DNA from: Takakia lepidozioides
Lineage: Eukaryota; Plantae; Bryophyta
Length of the DNA stretch: 64,000 bases
Assembly (NCBI GenBank): GCA_030704615.1
Contig: CM060732.1
Coordinates: forward strand, 21,080,001 to 21,144,000
Direction: 5' to 3'
Below the pieces are notes generated by a model. It was not told the DNA's origin, did not search any database, and worked only from the letters and a program-made list of their open reading frames with translations. Positions 9,151 through 22,851 of the stretch are shown piece after piece (within the stretch, counting starts at the first letter, position 1; each line of letters opens with the position of its first letter). The position numbers and the translations under genes were made by a program.

Positions 9151-12100
9151 GCAACGATCCTCTTCTCCACATGTCGACATTTCGTTGGGTGATTGTAGTC
9201 AAGAAGTCATAAGATACAGATGTGACTATGACTACGCCACTTCCGTTATCACTTTAATTAATGCACATGTCGTGTTTTCATTGGTCATGTGTAGTCATGT
9301 AGTCATATATGACTAAGTAAGTGACTGCAACTATGACTTCAATGGTTACAAATGTCGTGTTTTGATTGGGTGTATATTCATAAGATACATACGTAAATAT
9401 GACTGCATCACTGCAACGTCACCGTGCCTCCTATGTCATAATATGAACAAGTGTCACATCGTTGTTGGTCCACTCACAAGATGACTGTTGTGATGCAGGG
9501 ATGTGAATATTCAGATGATGAAGACGAAGGCCCTGCGGCACAGTGGGAGCCAATGTCACAGAGAACGCAGATGAGAGTGGTGGATTGGAGGTAGAAATGC
9601 AGCGTGCATTGCAGGAAGCGTTTCTCTTTGCAGATGCAAACAGAGAGGACCCCATTCATGGTGGAACCGATCACACATTTGCCGATCATGACGATGATCT
9701 CGACGATTCCGGAGACAATGAATTTGATGAGAATGCTCACCTGCACGTTGATCCCAAGTATGATAAATTCTTCCGACAGTCGCAATGTCCACTTTTTGAA
9801 GGGTGCTCCATCAGCTGGTCGCAAGCAACTTTGACGTTGCTGAACGCATGCACTACCCACAAGTGCACCAATGCATTTGTGGATGAGCTTCTGGGATTGT
9901 TGCGTAAGAGTTTTTTGCCTAAAGAGAATTCATTGCCGAAAACTCACTATGAAGCAAAAACCATGATTGCCAAGATGGGATTGTAGTACACCATGATTCA
10001 TGCCTGTGAGCGTGGTTGTGTACTCTTCCGTGGGGAGTATGAGAATGTAGACATTTGCCCAGTATGCCGCAGTTCCCGTTACATTCCAGGTCGTGGAAGT
10101 GTGCCCAAGAAAGTATTGCGACACTTCCCTGTCATTCCAAGGTTGAAACGTATGTACCGATGTAAATCGATCGCTAACCTCATGACATGGCACGACAGAC
10201 ATAAGAGCCAGGATGGGTTGGTTCGACATCCAGCTGATAGCAAAGCATGGAGACACATTGACACCACATTTACGGATTTTGCTGCAGAGCCACGATCTCT
10301 GCGATTTGGATTGGCCTTAGACGGTGTAAATCCCTACGGAGCTCAATCCACAAGTTGGAGCACATGGCCCGTTCTCTTGGTCAATTACAATCTGCCTCCG
10401 TGGTTAATGACCAAAAAGTTCTTTGTCATGTTAGCGCTACTGATTCCTGGTAAGGAGTCTGTTACCTCGGACAACGTAAATGTTTATCTGATGCCCCTAG
10501 TGGAAGAGCTACTGGAACTATGGAGAGGGATTGCATCTCATGATGTTTCCCGTCCTCGTGGTCAACGCGAATTTACACTGAGGGCAGTGTTGATGTGGTC
10601 AATCCATGACTACCCTGCATATGGCTTGCTCTCAGGTCAAGTGACGAAAGGTTATGCTGGTTGTCTAGCTTGTGGACCCGGGGTGACTTCACAGCAGTTA
10701 CACACATGTGGAAAAATTGTTTTCCTAGGCCACCGAAGATTTTTGGCCCGCAATCATCCATATAGAAGGTCAAGAATGTTCAATGGCGCTACTGAGCATG
10801 GAACTCCTCCAAAAACGCAGACTGGAACATAAATCAAGGACCTTGCAACAGCTCGCACTGCTGGGTGGAAAACGGAGGGACGCCAGATAGCAGGACAGAC
10901 CCAGCAAAAACTCATGGAGTTAAGCGATTGTCAATTTTATATGTCTTACCTTATTGGGAGGTAATTCCTTCATGGCCTTTAAATTGGCTGTGTACATTTT
11001 TGCATTTTCTGTTTAAATTGTGATGAGTAAATGCTCAATTACTTATGTGTTCATTTTGTAGGGTCTCCTCATCCGCCACACGTTTGACGCAATGCATTGC
11101 GAGAAGAACTTGGCTGAAAATATTATTAAAATTATCTTTGGTGAGAAAGACACATTGAAAGTTCGCCGTGATTTGGAGCTACTTGGGATGCGCCCGGAAT
11201 TGTGGCTACAACATGATCCTGATAGAGCAGATACGTTAATTATGCCTCTTGCCCCTTATGTCCTCACTGAGGCTGAGTTACAAGTCTTTCTGGAGATTGT
11301 GCAGAACTTGAAAGTGCCAACAGGCTACGCATCAGCTTTCAAAAAGCATGTGGTGAAGAAGAAGTTGTCTGGCATGAAATCACATGACTATCATGTGCTC
11401 ATGCAGCAAATTATACCGCTTGCTATCCGTGGGCTCATGCCAAGTGGTCCTCGAAGGGCCATTTTGCGAGTATGTCGTGTATTTAAGAAGTTGTGTGCAA
11501 AAGTGGTGAATCCTGTAGAGTATGAGGAATTGAGAACTGAAGCAGTTCTCACTCTGTGTCTTATAGAGAAGGAGTTCCCACCATCATTTTTTGATGTGAT
11601 GACACATCTGGTTGTTCACCTAGTGGATGAGTTGTACTTATGCGGGCCCGTAGCATCTCGTTGGATGTACCCCATGGAGCGGGCAATGAAAGATATGACG
11701 GGCTACGTAAGAAACATGGCAAGGCCCGAGGGGAGCATGGCAGAAGGATACCAATTTGAAGAAGCATTGGGTTTTTGCACAGAGTATATGGCAGGATTTG
11801 ATGGAAGTGTACGAAGGGTGTGGGATGCAGATGAGGCAGAATCTGTGGAACGTGAAGTTGTGGAAGGAAGTTCTAAAGCCCGAAAATTGAATGACCTGTG
11901 TGATATTGTACATGAGTACATCATTCAGAACCATCCTCGTCTGTCAGTCATGTTGGGGTAAGAAATCTACTTCATTGACATTCAGATTTCCAAGTTTTAG
12001 TCATTTATCATTAGTTGGCATATGGCGTCTTTTCAAATCTCCCACGCCACCTCTGTCAATCTCCTGGCTGACCCTCGGATTGTGACAGGATATATGAAAC

Positions 12101-13214
12101 AGAGTCCACACGGATAGAAGCCAGACGACGCTTGTTTCGTGAGGAGCAAGGGCTGGAAGGCATGAGCAATCCCACGGCAATTCAGTATCCTCCTGATTTG
12201 CATCCTTGTCCTCCATTTGCTGTTTGGCTCCCTCAAGGTGTACGGGATCATCTCTCAATTCAATCAGATGGGCTTGATCCTACAACACGTGAGGAATTAC
12301 TGGATCTTTCAAGGCCTCCATCATTTACTGCCCTGTCATTCAAGAATATGACAGCGTATGGTAACCATTACAGGGTTACATCCCCCGGCATGAACAACAA
12401 GTATGGTGTCTTTTGATTGTGGAGTCTCATCTGTTTTCCAGCACCAGCCCATTACCAACAATTCAGGCAATGACATGGAGGAACCTACAAGATATGTGGG
12501 TCTTATAAGGGAGATTTTGCAAATTGACTATGGCCAAACACAGCCTATAGTGTTTCTGTGTTCGTGGGTACGGGCGAGTCGCGTGGGTCGTCAACCTATG
12601 TCAATGAAGCAGGATGATGCTGGCTTCACACTTGTCAATTTTAACCGTATGCTTCCACCTTTTGAGCAACCTTTGTGTTTCCTGGCCAGGTTGATCAAGT
12701 GTTTTTTTCTGATTGTGTGAAGAAGCCGGGGTGGAAAGTCGTCCTGGAGAAGAGCCCCCAAGCACGTAGAGTGGTCTGCGACATATCAATTGATAATGAT
12801 GATGTGGCGGAAGTGGAAGGATTGTTAGCCCCACAAAGACTAGAGGAGACTCTGGTTACTGATGGCCCAACATGCAGCCGAGCGGTACCGGTTACTCCAG
12901 AGCAGGTGGCCTCCTTGTACCTCCGAGCACCCCATATACGTGGTGATGATGTTCAGCCAACCCTTGGACAAGATCAAGTCTGTGATGAAGACAGTGATAC
13001 ATGTAGTGACCCAGACATAGATGAGGATGATGAAGATTAGATATGCGCGATTTGTGCACTCCAGTTATAGACCATGTATGATAGTTAAGGTGGTAACACT
13101 CCCTTCGCATTCCCATTAAGATATCATGCTTGGACACTGGATTTTATGATCAATTATGAAGTGCTTTCCTTTCAGCACCCTTTATTCATTTGTTGTTGCA
13201 ATTGGCTTTGGACC

Positions 13215-13355
13215 AACCCGTGCTGGTACCATTGCTATGGGTTCTGCCTGCAATGTTTTCTTGCCATGGATTCGGCACACGCCACGAAAGGCCATCCAGA
13301 CCATCCTCTGGAAATGCTCCAATGTTGTTTCAAACATCTCCACATTGCAATGGAT
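13215..13355 (-). pseudogene. Tandem PPR E-motif fragments (copy A)
   Basis: Reverse strand reads IHCNVEM...VWMAFRGVCRIHG, matching W.ALLGACRIHGNVE of the PPR genes in this window. Confidence 0.6.
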
Positions 13356-13435
13356 ACAACACTGACATTAGATGAGTGAAAGTGAGACTAGACCTCCAGC
13401 CAGCCGGCTTTCCCACATCAAATTGAAGGGGATAT

Positions 13436-13544
13436 GTAGATTATAGATAATGGCTGTTGCCTTCTCAATGTCTTTTCCAATCACCTCTGCAATGAACTGG
13501 GGTATAAGATCCTTCAAATCACAAGTTTGAGCATCACGCACAAG
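13436..13544 (-). pseudogene. RPS3A: 40S ribosomal protein S3a (eS1) gene fragment, copy A
   Basis: LVRDAQTCDLKDLIPQFIAEVIGKDIEKATAIIY matches the eS1 C-terminal region. Confidence 0.85.
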
Positions 13545-13719
13545 CCACTTACGGGGATAGAGTTTCCAATGCGAACCATTGGTCTTTTATTGATAGCATT
13601 GTTGTAAAATACATGGGCCAACATGGTCAATTTCGGGAATGACATATAGTACGCTTTCATGTACTATGTAAGCATGCAACTATGTACCAGTGACGTGGCT
13701 TGTTCGCCACTTAACCTGT

Positions 13720-13870
13720 TTGCCCATTCAGCCATCTCCACATTGTCATGGATTTTGCATGCTGGATTGTGAGGCCATCCACACCGTCCTCTGCAAATGC
13801 TATCATGGGGTTTCAACTATGTCCACATTTCCCTGGATTATGCCTGCACGAAGCAAGGCCAACTGCATTC
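13720..13870 (-). pseudogene. Tandem PPR E-motif fragments (copy B)
   Basis: LALLRAGIIQGNVDI... and ACKIHDNVEMAEWA. Confidence 0.65.
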
Positions 13871-14149
13871 AGCACCCTCCACTTTATTATAGTATTGCAG
13901 CAACATTCAAAGCACTTCAATTTGTATCCATCGAAAACATCTAGGCTGGAAAAAGACATTGTTGCAGCAGAACTTAGGAAAGTACTTCTCCCCTTCCACT
14001 ACACACGTGAAATGAAAGAAGCCAACCAACAGCATACCGACCAAGAAAATATGAAACCAGCCAAGAAAAGAGCCAATACATGCAGTGAAGGTCGACACTA
14101 AATGGAACTTATCCAACACTTACATTAGAGGAGGGAAGCTAAGTCTTAC

Positions 14150-14261
14150 CTCCATAAGCTTGCCCACATCAAATTTGGGAGCTTTCAGAATTTTTCCTTT
14201 CCGGTTGAATGAACTTGGCTACAAGATCCTTCAAATCACAAGTTTGAGCTTCACACACAAT
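14150..14261 (-). pseudogene. RPS3A: 40S ribosomal protein S3a gene fragment, copy B, internally deleted, with intron donor
   Basis: CEAQTCDLKDLVAKFI..., then RKGKILKAPKFDVGKLME|GTAAG. Confidence 0.85.
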
Positions 14262-15034
14262 GAACTTACAGGGATTGAGCTTCCAATGCGAACCAAAAGT
14301 CTTATATTGATAGCATTGTTGTAAAACACATGGACCAACAATGACAGTCTCTGGAATGACATATAGTACAGTAATGACATATAGTACAGCATACCGCTTC
14401 CAGTTGACCATCTACCCATGTAGGTTTCTTGTAACTATCCTTCCATAGGGAATTATAGGTAATGTGGAGCTTGAAATCCAGCCCTCTTGGATGAATCTGG
14501 ACCCACACTCTATCCCTGCTCCTTCAGCTATCCATGCCTCTGACAGCCTACAATTCTACTAGCAAACACCCCAACCATACTGGTGTGGAGTTCTTCCCCA
14601 AAACACCCCAACCCTACTTATCACAATCTGAAATGCATCTGCTTCTCTCTGTAGTCCAACAGGCATTCGCCTTTTTGTCTCCATTGTCCCACCATTGGGG
14701 TCGGAAAGTGTTCACCCCAAAGCTTCTCCTCACCTCTATTATATGTTTTTGGATACTTCCCTGCTGCCACACTGACAGTAACTTGCCAAAGTCACTCCAA
14801 ACCACCACAGATCTACCCAACGACCTAACTTACAGAATTCAATATGCATCTTGCGGCCGAGTCTGATGAGAGGGCAACACAGGCTGAAATAGGTTGAAGA
14901 AGAAGGTGCCCTACCACATTGTCGTTGACCTGTCCTGACCCATGGAGGATTTGACCGATGACCTCTTGTGTGTGCTGCTTGTGTCTGTAGTCAGGTAATG
15001 TCGGATTGCAGATCCTGAGTAGATTGGTTTCTCA

Positions 15035-15871
15035 CACTACAAGAGATGAGCGTTTTTAGGACTACGGCTTTGGCGGAGTCGTAAAAACTGCACTAGGTAC
15101 ATGACTACAGAGCGCTGAAATGCATTACAGTTTTAGTTTTATGAGTTTGTAGTAATGGATATCACTACATACTCCGGAAAGTTAGGGAGCATTGGTCAAA
15201 CATTGTTGACCATGATGACAGGGATGGTTTATATGACTAGTGTGATATGTTTGACTACACGTGGACGACATTTCATGGAATCTTATGACTCCATGACTGA
15301 AGATGGTTTCAGAGCTCTATTTATACGACTACATCACTACACGTGTCATTTTGAAGGCACATATAATGCAAATAAGGTTGCCCATTAGGTTTAAAAAAGT
15401 TAAAAAATTGCTAATAAGGTTGTCCATTAGTGTAATCGTGAACAGAAAGGAGGGCTGGGACTTGGCGTTTTTTTCTCTCCTGCGCCCACATAGCTGAGGG
15501 ATGGAACGCGATGATAGCAGGATATGCAGGGGCGTGGGATGGAGGCGTTGAGCAAATGATGCACGAAGGAGAAGAGGAGGAGGAGACGAGACGAGGAGAA
15601 GCGAGCTCGCCGTTCTTGGGAGAGTCAGCTTGGTCTTAGCAAGCGTGTTTCAATCTCTGACTACTCATCTACGCCGTAGTGGTTCGATCTCACAGACCAA
15701 CCGCGTTGGGAGTCGTGTGAAATAAGAGCGCTGTGAACTGAGAGCTTTGTCTCTGAAGTATCTCTGAAGTATGAAAGATCGATGATGCAGATGCAACTGA
15801 TATCTTCATTTGAATATTGAAGCGGGGAAGATGGAGCGGGGGCGGGGTCATGTTTCAAAATGGTACTAGTG
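15035..15871. mobile_element. Non-autonomous CACTA derivative
   Basis: Starts CACTACAAGAGATGAGCG, followed by GACTAC/ATGACT subterminal repeats to ~15350. Possible right end ...TACTAGTG at 15871, but TIR match is poor and the 3-bp flanks are TCA/TAA. Confidence 0.55.
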
Positions 15872-16510
15872 TAACATCATGTTATGCGATCGGTTTTTCC
15901 AACGTTTAGCTACCATCAAGCTTTCCATTGAAAACTGTGGTTTGTGGTATCTTCTGGGTTGTAACTACCATAAGAACAAACATCACGATAACACTGGCAG
16001 CCACGTCGGATGCCAGGTCAGATCAAATGTTGCATAACATATATGTGAACGTGTAGGTTTTCTACCATCGCTTACCACCATCGTGACTCTGAGAAGCCAC
16101 CAGGTCTGTAGGGACCTTTAGTAGTATATCCCCACCGCCAAGCATATCATAGTCCATTGCTCTCATATCTATTGACATACATGCGGACTCATAAGGCCCA
16201 CCCCCCAAAAAAAGGAACATTAGCCGCAAGGTGAAGTGATTCTTAGTTACTGGGCCGGCCTGCTAAGTTAGTTGACATCTTTTCTACACCACTTGCGGCG
16301 TAAAACTAAAGAGCCCAACTTGGCTTGACAAATCTTAACATTTCATAAAAACTAAACTGTATTTTCTTGGGCATAGTTGGGAGTTGTGCCAAACCCACAT
16401 GGACGGTGACGATGACTGTCCAAGTGTATTGCATAGTGTGATGTGTGTGGGAGAGTGATAACAAGGAATGGAAGAGCGAGCAGGCGGAGTTAATGTAACG
16501 ATCTGATCAG

Positions 16511-19500
16511 ATGGCCGCCATAGCGGAGCAAGAGAAGAGGGAATCAACAGGACCACACAGTGCAGCCTCGGATCCAGCGGAAGGGAAAGCGGCAATCCAC
16601 TCTTGTATGGAGCTGCAACCAAACGGATGTCCTCCAAAGTTGGAGAACGGAGCGCAGGAGGTGGCTTTCGTGATGCCATCGAGGAGGGTGGCTGATCCTA
16701 AAGCTGACAATTTTGACTACGAAGAATTTCTGGATTATCTGACAAAGAATGCGGGATTGGTTCAGAGAGAGAAGCTGCGGGAGATACTTGAGCGCAATGC
16801 GAGCGTGGAGTATTTGCAACGGCATGGCCTAGATGGGCGCACCGACGTCGAAAGCTTCAAGAAATGCCTGCCGATTGTCAGCTATGACGATATTGAGCCC
16901 GACATTCTGCGCTTGGTAGATGGGAGGGCGTCTCACATATTTACTGTCGATCCCATATCAGACTTTAGTCTAAGGTGAGCACCCCCTGGCCCTCTCTCTA
17001 TGGTGTGTATGGGCACGGAAAGTATCTCCTCGCTAGGGCTACAATCACAGGTGTGATATTGTTTTTGAACTAGGTGACTTTCGCCTTCACGTGCGCGCCT
17101 AATGTCCCCTTGTCGGCAGCCAGAAATTTGTATGAAGCATCTCGTGATCTAGTCTTGTCCACCGATAATCTCACATGGTTTCTTTTCTGGGTATTCAATC
17201 CAGAATTGGTCAAGGAATGGATATCAATCTTCACTACATGAACGATGATGCACTGTATACGTTTGCTGCTGGGGTAACTCTTGATTCCACGAACCCAGCG
17301 TAATTGGATCGTCTTACACTCCATCATTTTGGACGTGGCTCTCATACTGTGTCTTGTGGAAAATGCAGCTCAGGAACCACAGCCGGGAAATCGAAGTTCA
17401 TTCCAACAACATTCAGAGCATTTGAAAGCTACGTCTTTCTTCAAGGCTTTCTAGTTTCACTGTACAAAAGGTTTGTGCATTGTCTCATGCTCCAACCCCA
17501 ATATTCAGACTCAAGGACGTGACACTTATCTGCACCGTTGGCTCTGGCAAAACCCATGGGAACAGCTCCCCGTGGAGGACACTAAGTACCTTATAAAGTT
17601 TTATTTTGTTTCCCTCATACCTCAGTGTCCTTCCTTTTCTACCATGATACCTTCCCGGTCCTCCGTGATGACAGAATCATACAACCTGCTTTCCACAGCT
17701 CTATTACAGGCATTGGGACAGTTCATGTTGAGGGCTCCACTCCTTCTCTTGTCCTGCTTTCTCTGTTATAGACATCTTCCAATGGAACGATGCACGTAGT
17801 TCATTCTGCCTGTCTGTCCCCACAGGCGATATATACGTAAGGCACAGAGGACAGACTCCCTTTCTATGGTGGCTATGGTGCTGCCTTCAGGGATGCTATT
17901 CAAATTGCTTTTCCCTCTTTGAACAGGTGCAGAATGGTTTCATTGCATGTCTTACACCAGGGCGAACTGGAAGTTACTTTTTTGGTTGGACCAGGTTCTC
18001 TTTAGGGGCTTAGTGTTGAACATGCCTTCTGTGGTGGGTTTGGTCCTGGCTACAGACAAATTGGAAACTGGAGGGAGGGCAAGGGATTCATTCTCAGTTT
18101 CGCAGGACACCAGATTGACACTCCAGGCAGAATCAAAGCAGGAGCCCTCTCCACCAATTACTTCAGGAGTGCAAGGTTCAGAGACCGAGGGGATGACCTC
18201 AAAAAATGGGATGTGAGCCCAGATGAAGTGGTACTCTGTGACGACACTAACCAGGGCATGTACTGCCATCTCCTCTGCGGCCTTTCTCAGGCACTGGAAA
18301 TCTTCAAATTGCAGGCAACATTTGCAGCAACAGTGGTCGCTGCTCTGAGGGTTCTTCAGAACTGCTGGCCTGAGATATGTGAGGACATACGAACTGGCAC
18401 TGTGAGTACCAAGATCACTGATCCTGCTGTCAGAAATGCTGTGGGGAAGATACTGAGGCCAAACCCGGACTTGGCGAGCATGATAGAGAGAGAGTGCGTG
18501 CTGGAGAGCTGGCAGGGTATCATCCCCAGACTCTGGAAGAATGTTTGCTTTGTTGCCTGTGTGTTGAGTGGAACTATGCAGCAGTATGTGCCGGCATTGA
18601 AACACTTTGCTGGAAAGGTCCCTTTGATTTCTCCTGCATACGCAGCCTGTGAATGCAACTTCATTGGTATCAATCTCCATCTCGGTTGCCCACCTGAAGA
18701 CGTATCTTACATGATATGGCCAGAATCAGCATACTTTGAGTTCCTTCCACTGAATCATGATAGGGATGTGTGTGGACCATCTACAACCGAGTCAACAGAA
18801 ACAGTTGACATGGTTGATGTTGTGCTGGGGGAAGAGTATGAGTTGGTGGTCACAAACGTCACAGGTAGGTTCTCTCCATTATGCGTGGATACAAATGTAG
18901 GATCATTTGGTTTCAACCCAAACTCGGCATGAGGGTTTTGCGTTATGAAATTGGTTATGCTCTTCTGTGCATCCAATGGGGATACATTGAACGACGGAAT
19001 ATTGCTTGGAGGGTACATGTTTTGTGCACTTGCAGAATTGGGAGTAGATGGATCCAATGAGTACTTTGACTCCATGAGTGGCTGTGCAAACACTACTTCT
19101 TTATTGGAAAAGTATTGACACCTAAAACTGATTACTTCTCACTTTGAGACATATGGTTGAACGAGATGTGTTCTCATGGTATGCTGTCATTTAATTCAAG
19201 GAGCAGTGTTTACTTGGCCCTCTTTTAATTGTTGGTGGCTTGCCCAGGTCTATATCGATATAAACTTGGGGATGTCCTTAGGACTAAAGGCTTCAAAAAC
19301 ACAGTACCAATCTTTGAATTTGTTCGGAGAAAGGATGTGATTCTCAGCGTCAGTGCAGACAAAACTGATGAAGAGGAACTGCAAAGAGTTGTTAGTAAGG
19401 CTACCCAACACATCACTGAAACATCCATGGAACTCGCAGACTTCACCAGCCATGCAGACATTACCTCCTTGCCAGGGCACTATGTAATTTTCTGGGAGAT

Positions 19501-20099
19501 GGCTAGCAGCAGGTCTGTTGCCTGTCACATTTGCAGTTTTTTGTTTTCATTCTCCGCAATGTAGAATGCTTTGACTGGAGGCACTAGGCACTTAAAAGAT
19601 CATTTCTGGGTATGGAATCAGATTACAAAACTTTTGTTAAGGTTCATGTGCTCATTGAGGTGCTCCTCTAGGCTCTGACACTCTAAAATTGAAATTGGAA
19701 TGATGTTTTCATTTTCCATTAGAGGAAGTCAAAGTTGTTTTTGGTTGGCATATTTCTCAGTGAACCTTGTAATCTGCTGTGTGGGACAGGAATTTGGATC
19801 CCAAAGTCTTGCAAAAATGTGCCAATACCCTTGATGCTTCGTTGAATTACGAGTACCGGAGAGGGAGAGCAGGAAGCATAATTGGCGCTTTAGAGCTGTG
19901 CATTGTGGAGGAGGGAACAGTTGACAAGTTAAAGGCTTCAGCTGTACACCAAGGAGCATCCCCAGCACAGTATAAGCCCCCTCGATGCGTAACCTCACCT
20001 CAAGTTGTGGAGACATTGAATGCTGCAGTGATTGCCAAATTTCATAGCCAAGAAAATCCTTCTGCATTGCTACCCTGTGTCCCGGTTCTGAGTTCTTAG
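16511..20099 (+). CDS. GH3: GH3 family acyl-acid amido synthetase, 5 exons (16511-16974, 17369-17470, 18056-18864, 19248-19512, 19790-20099), 649 aa
   Basis: Motifs SSGTTAGKSK, YAACE, YFEFLP, YRYKLGD, GHYVIFWE, QYKPPRCV. GT-AG introns; spliced length 1950 nt is in frame with no stops. Confidence 0.95.
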
Positions 20100-22059
20100 G
20101 ATTTCCGAATAGATTTTGAAAGTGCATGCATAGTTCATTCAGTCACGTGTGACCAGGAATTTACCTTCTGAAGGATAAACTGGGTCCCAATTGATTAGCA
20201 AGAATTTCAACTCAGTCCCTGATATGCATACACAATCTGTAGCTAACTTTCAAGAACTGGTCCAGGTCCCAGATTCCTCGTTATCAATCCTTGACTTGAT
20301 ATTTGTGCATACTAGCCACACTGCAGTGATGGTAGTCTTTTGGATAAGTTTTTTTTTTCCTCCCCTCAAGAATCTGAAAGGAGGCCCCAGAGAGATACAG
20401 AAACTGGCAAAGGTCTAGGATGACAAATAGTGGTCAAAAGTTCGGTGTGGGGTTGCATGGACCACTGTGGGACTGTATATGCAAATTCATTCCTTCAACC
20501 CCATGTTCTGTGCATTGTTGTTTTGTGGTTGCTGGGGAGTAAAACATAAATCTCGGAGCCCAAGAAGTTTCTTTTCTGTCCTTTTCTTGTCTCTATCTAC
20601 GAACCTTGATCAGTTCAAGGTGTATTCATGGTTTGGGATCTTGATACCCTCATGAGGTACTACCAGTTTTTGCGTCTGCTCCACCAAGTGATTCCCACAC
20701 GAGAAGCTTGCAAAACCCCAGTCATATCCAGATACGCCAGTTTTCACTTTTCATGAGAGGGGTTCTTCCAAGCCACCATTCAGGAAAAGCAGAAAACAAG
20801 CTCCATATATCTATGTACACGCAGCTAAGAATTATAACCAGATTATCGAGATCATTTGCTACACAACTTTTACATTTGAACAATCATGAACCCACGAGCA
20901 GCAGCGATTTCTTGTACGCAGAGCACTTGACACAGGAGTGTGAATTCCGAAATCTCGCAACAATGTGCTAACACTCTCGAGATGCCGAGTACCGAAGATG
21001 GAGAGGGAGAGACATGATTGGGTCTTTGGAGCGACGGATTAGGGAGTAGGAACATTGAACAAGCCATTCAACATTGAACCGAGTCAGTGTACATTGAAAC
21101 AAGAATATGAAGCAGACGACTTCCTTCGGATGACAAGTGTGGAGAACGTCTCGGTTGCTCCTGTGCAGTGCCCGCCAGTGGGTTTGGGGTTCAATCCCCT
21201 GTGGTTTCATCTGTCCCCTGTGTGCCTCGTGCCTCAGAAATGGGGTGAAATTCCCCCCTCAAAGCCCTGTAGCCGTAGCTCGGGCTTGCTTGAAAACAGA
21301 ATGATATATACATGTGCAGCTTGTCGTGTCTTTCAGTTGCTTGTCTTATAAAAGAAAACTGAGAGGCAATGGCTGCGGATCGAGTGCCACATGGAGGCCT
21401 GCACGAAAAGGTTGCGTTAGGAGCCCATGATCGCGCTGTCAAGGAATCCGAAAGAGTGATGGCAAAGCCGCTTTACGTCAGGGAGGGAGATGGGGCAATG
21501 AACGCGCGTCACAGAATTGGGTTTTGTCCAGTTGGAAGAATTTATGTGATGGGCTGCCTGCAGGCTGTTGTGTGTATGTAGTAGTGGGGTGGTTGGCTCT
21601 TCCATTAGTGTTGCTGATTGTTGTTCAGAGCACTGTGTGCCGAGGTAGGAATACATGGATGCAAACAGAGCTGTACAAGGGTGCACAAGTACACGTGAAT
21701 GGAAAGGAACTCTTGTAGAAAAGAGTTTCGAATCCGAATTTGTTGAGAAGTCTGAATATGAATGGATCTACAGTAAAAATATCTTAAAGCGGGTACACGA
21801 AGACCCTGGAAACAGATCTTCCCCGCAAAGAGATCATACTTGACCTCCCCGCCACTAGCAAGCCTGCCTTGATTGTTTCAAAATCGGATTCAACCGGCAT
21901 CGGCCTCTGCTAATATAGTCACTGCACTTTTCAAGTATGTGCCACAATAGGAATCGTAGTCTTTCCAAGCAGATCTATGGACTGTCCAGGTGTCCAGGTT
22001 GCCCGGACAAAGATTGAATGTAATACAGAAGAGGCAAAAAGATTGCTGCTTCGTGGTCA

Positions 22060-22851
22060 CTACGCAGTTGGGACGTAGAATGCATAGATAGCAGTATAGA
22101 AGGACTTCTTTACCTCACCCACTCGAACTCCATTTGTAGCCTTTGGGCCCAGCCCCCGGGAAGTTTCTAGTCGCTGAATGTAAGACACGCCTCCTAATTG
22201 AGACCTGCAGATAAACAATACAGATGCAACTCTTCAGTACATGCGTCAATCAAGTGTCTAACCTTGCAGTATGGACGTCCAGAGTGTATATATATGGAGG
22301 CTACTGAACGTTGGATGGTAGCAATTAGCAGACATATGTAATGTAGTCAGATGCCAACATCCTGAGCATTCTACCATTTCTGCAGCAAGAAAATGTACTC
22401 ACTTGCTTCCGCTGCTTTCTGTGGCTTGAAGCAACACCCAGGCAATGCTGTTGGTGTTGACCTTCAATTTCGTTATTGCTTTGCCTGTGACTCTACTGTG
22501 TGGAAGTTGATTTGAACGACTAGGAACTGTCTCCCAACTGGGTTGGCCTCCAAGAGCGTCTGGCACTGTCAGATAAAAATGGCGGCCAACCTTCAGCTTC
22601 GTTGAATCATCAAACAAGATTGCCTTTGCCTTGAAGTTAACCCAGGCCGAGCCATTGTACCTATAGTATTGGTAACCCCTCGCATAGTAAGTCACATGGA
22701 GCTCGTTATTTGAGGGAACTGCGAGCGCGGCTGGGACATCTGAAGGAAATAGGGAGTCGTCATCAGTCAGGAGAAGTCTTGCAGCTGTGACGTAGATTGA
22801 GAGGGAGAGAAGCACCATCAACTGTGTCGGAAGAGTGCGATTGAAACCCAT
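22060..22851 (-). CDS. Secreted DUF3455-family protein, 2 exons (22851-22403, 22204-22060), 197 aa
   Basis: Hydrophobic signal-like N-terminus; ARGYQYY, VGRH...PSW, IAWVLLQA, VSYIQRLETSRG, YTAIYAFY. Spliced 594 nt in frame. TATA-like TATTTAAA at ~23092-23099 (minus). Confidence 0.8.

Larger units (their letters stand above)
2539..13040 (+). pseudogene. CACTA TnpD (Transposase_21, DUF4218, DUF4216) pseudogene; exons ~2539-2652, 9499-10960, 11062-11957, 12089-13040
   Basis: N-terminal CNC..C...V.NH...HG domain; LALDGVNP, YNLPPW, DYPAYG, MHCEKN, MKSHDYH, PPSFFDVMTH, RWMYPMER. GT-AG introns. Premature stops (9984, 10830) and frameshifts. No matching TIRs found. Confidence 0.9.

Noticed and set aside
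17952-18680. 242-aa antisense ORF
   Set aside because: Shadow of GH3 exon 3.
20700-21850. Cluster of short ORFs between GH3 and the DUF3455 gene
   Set aside because: No recognisable domain or consistent exon chain.
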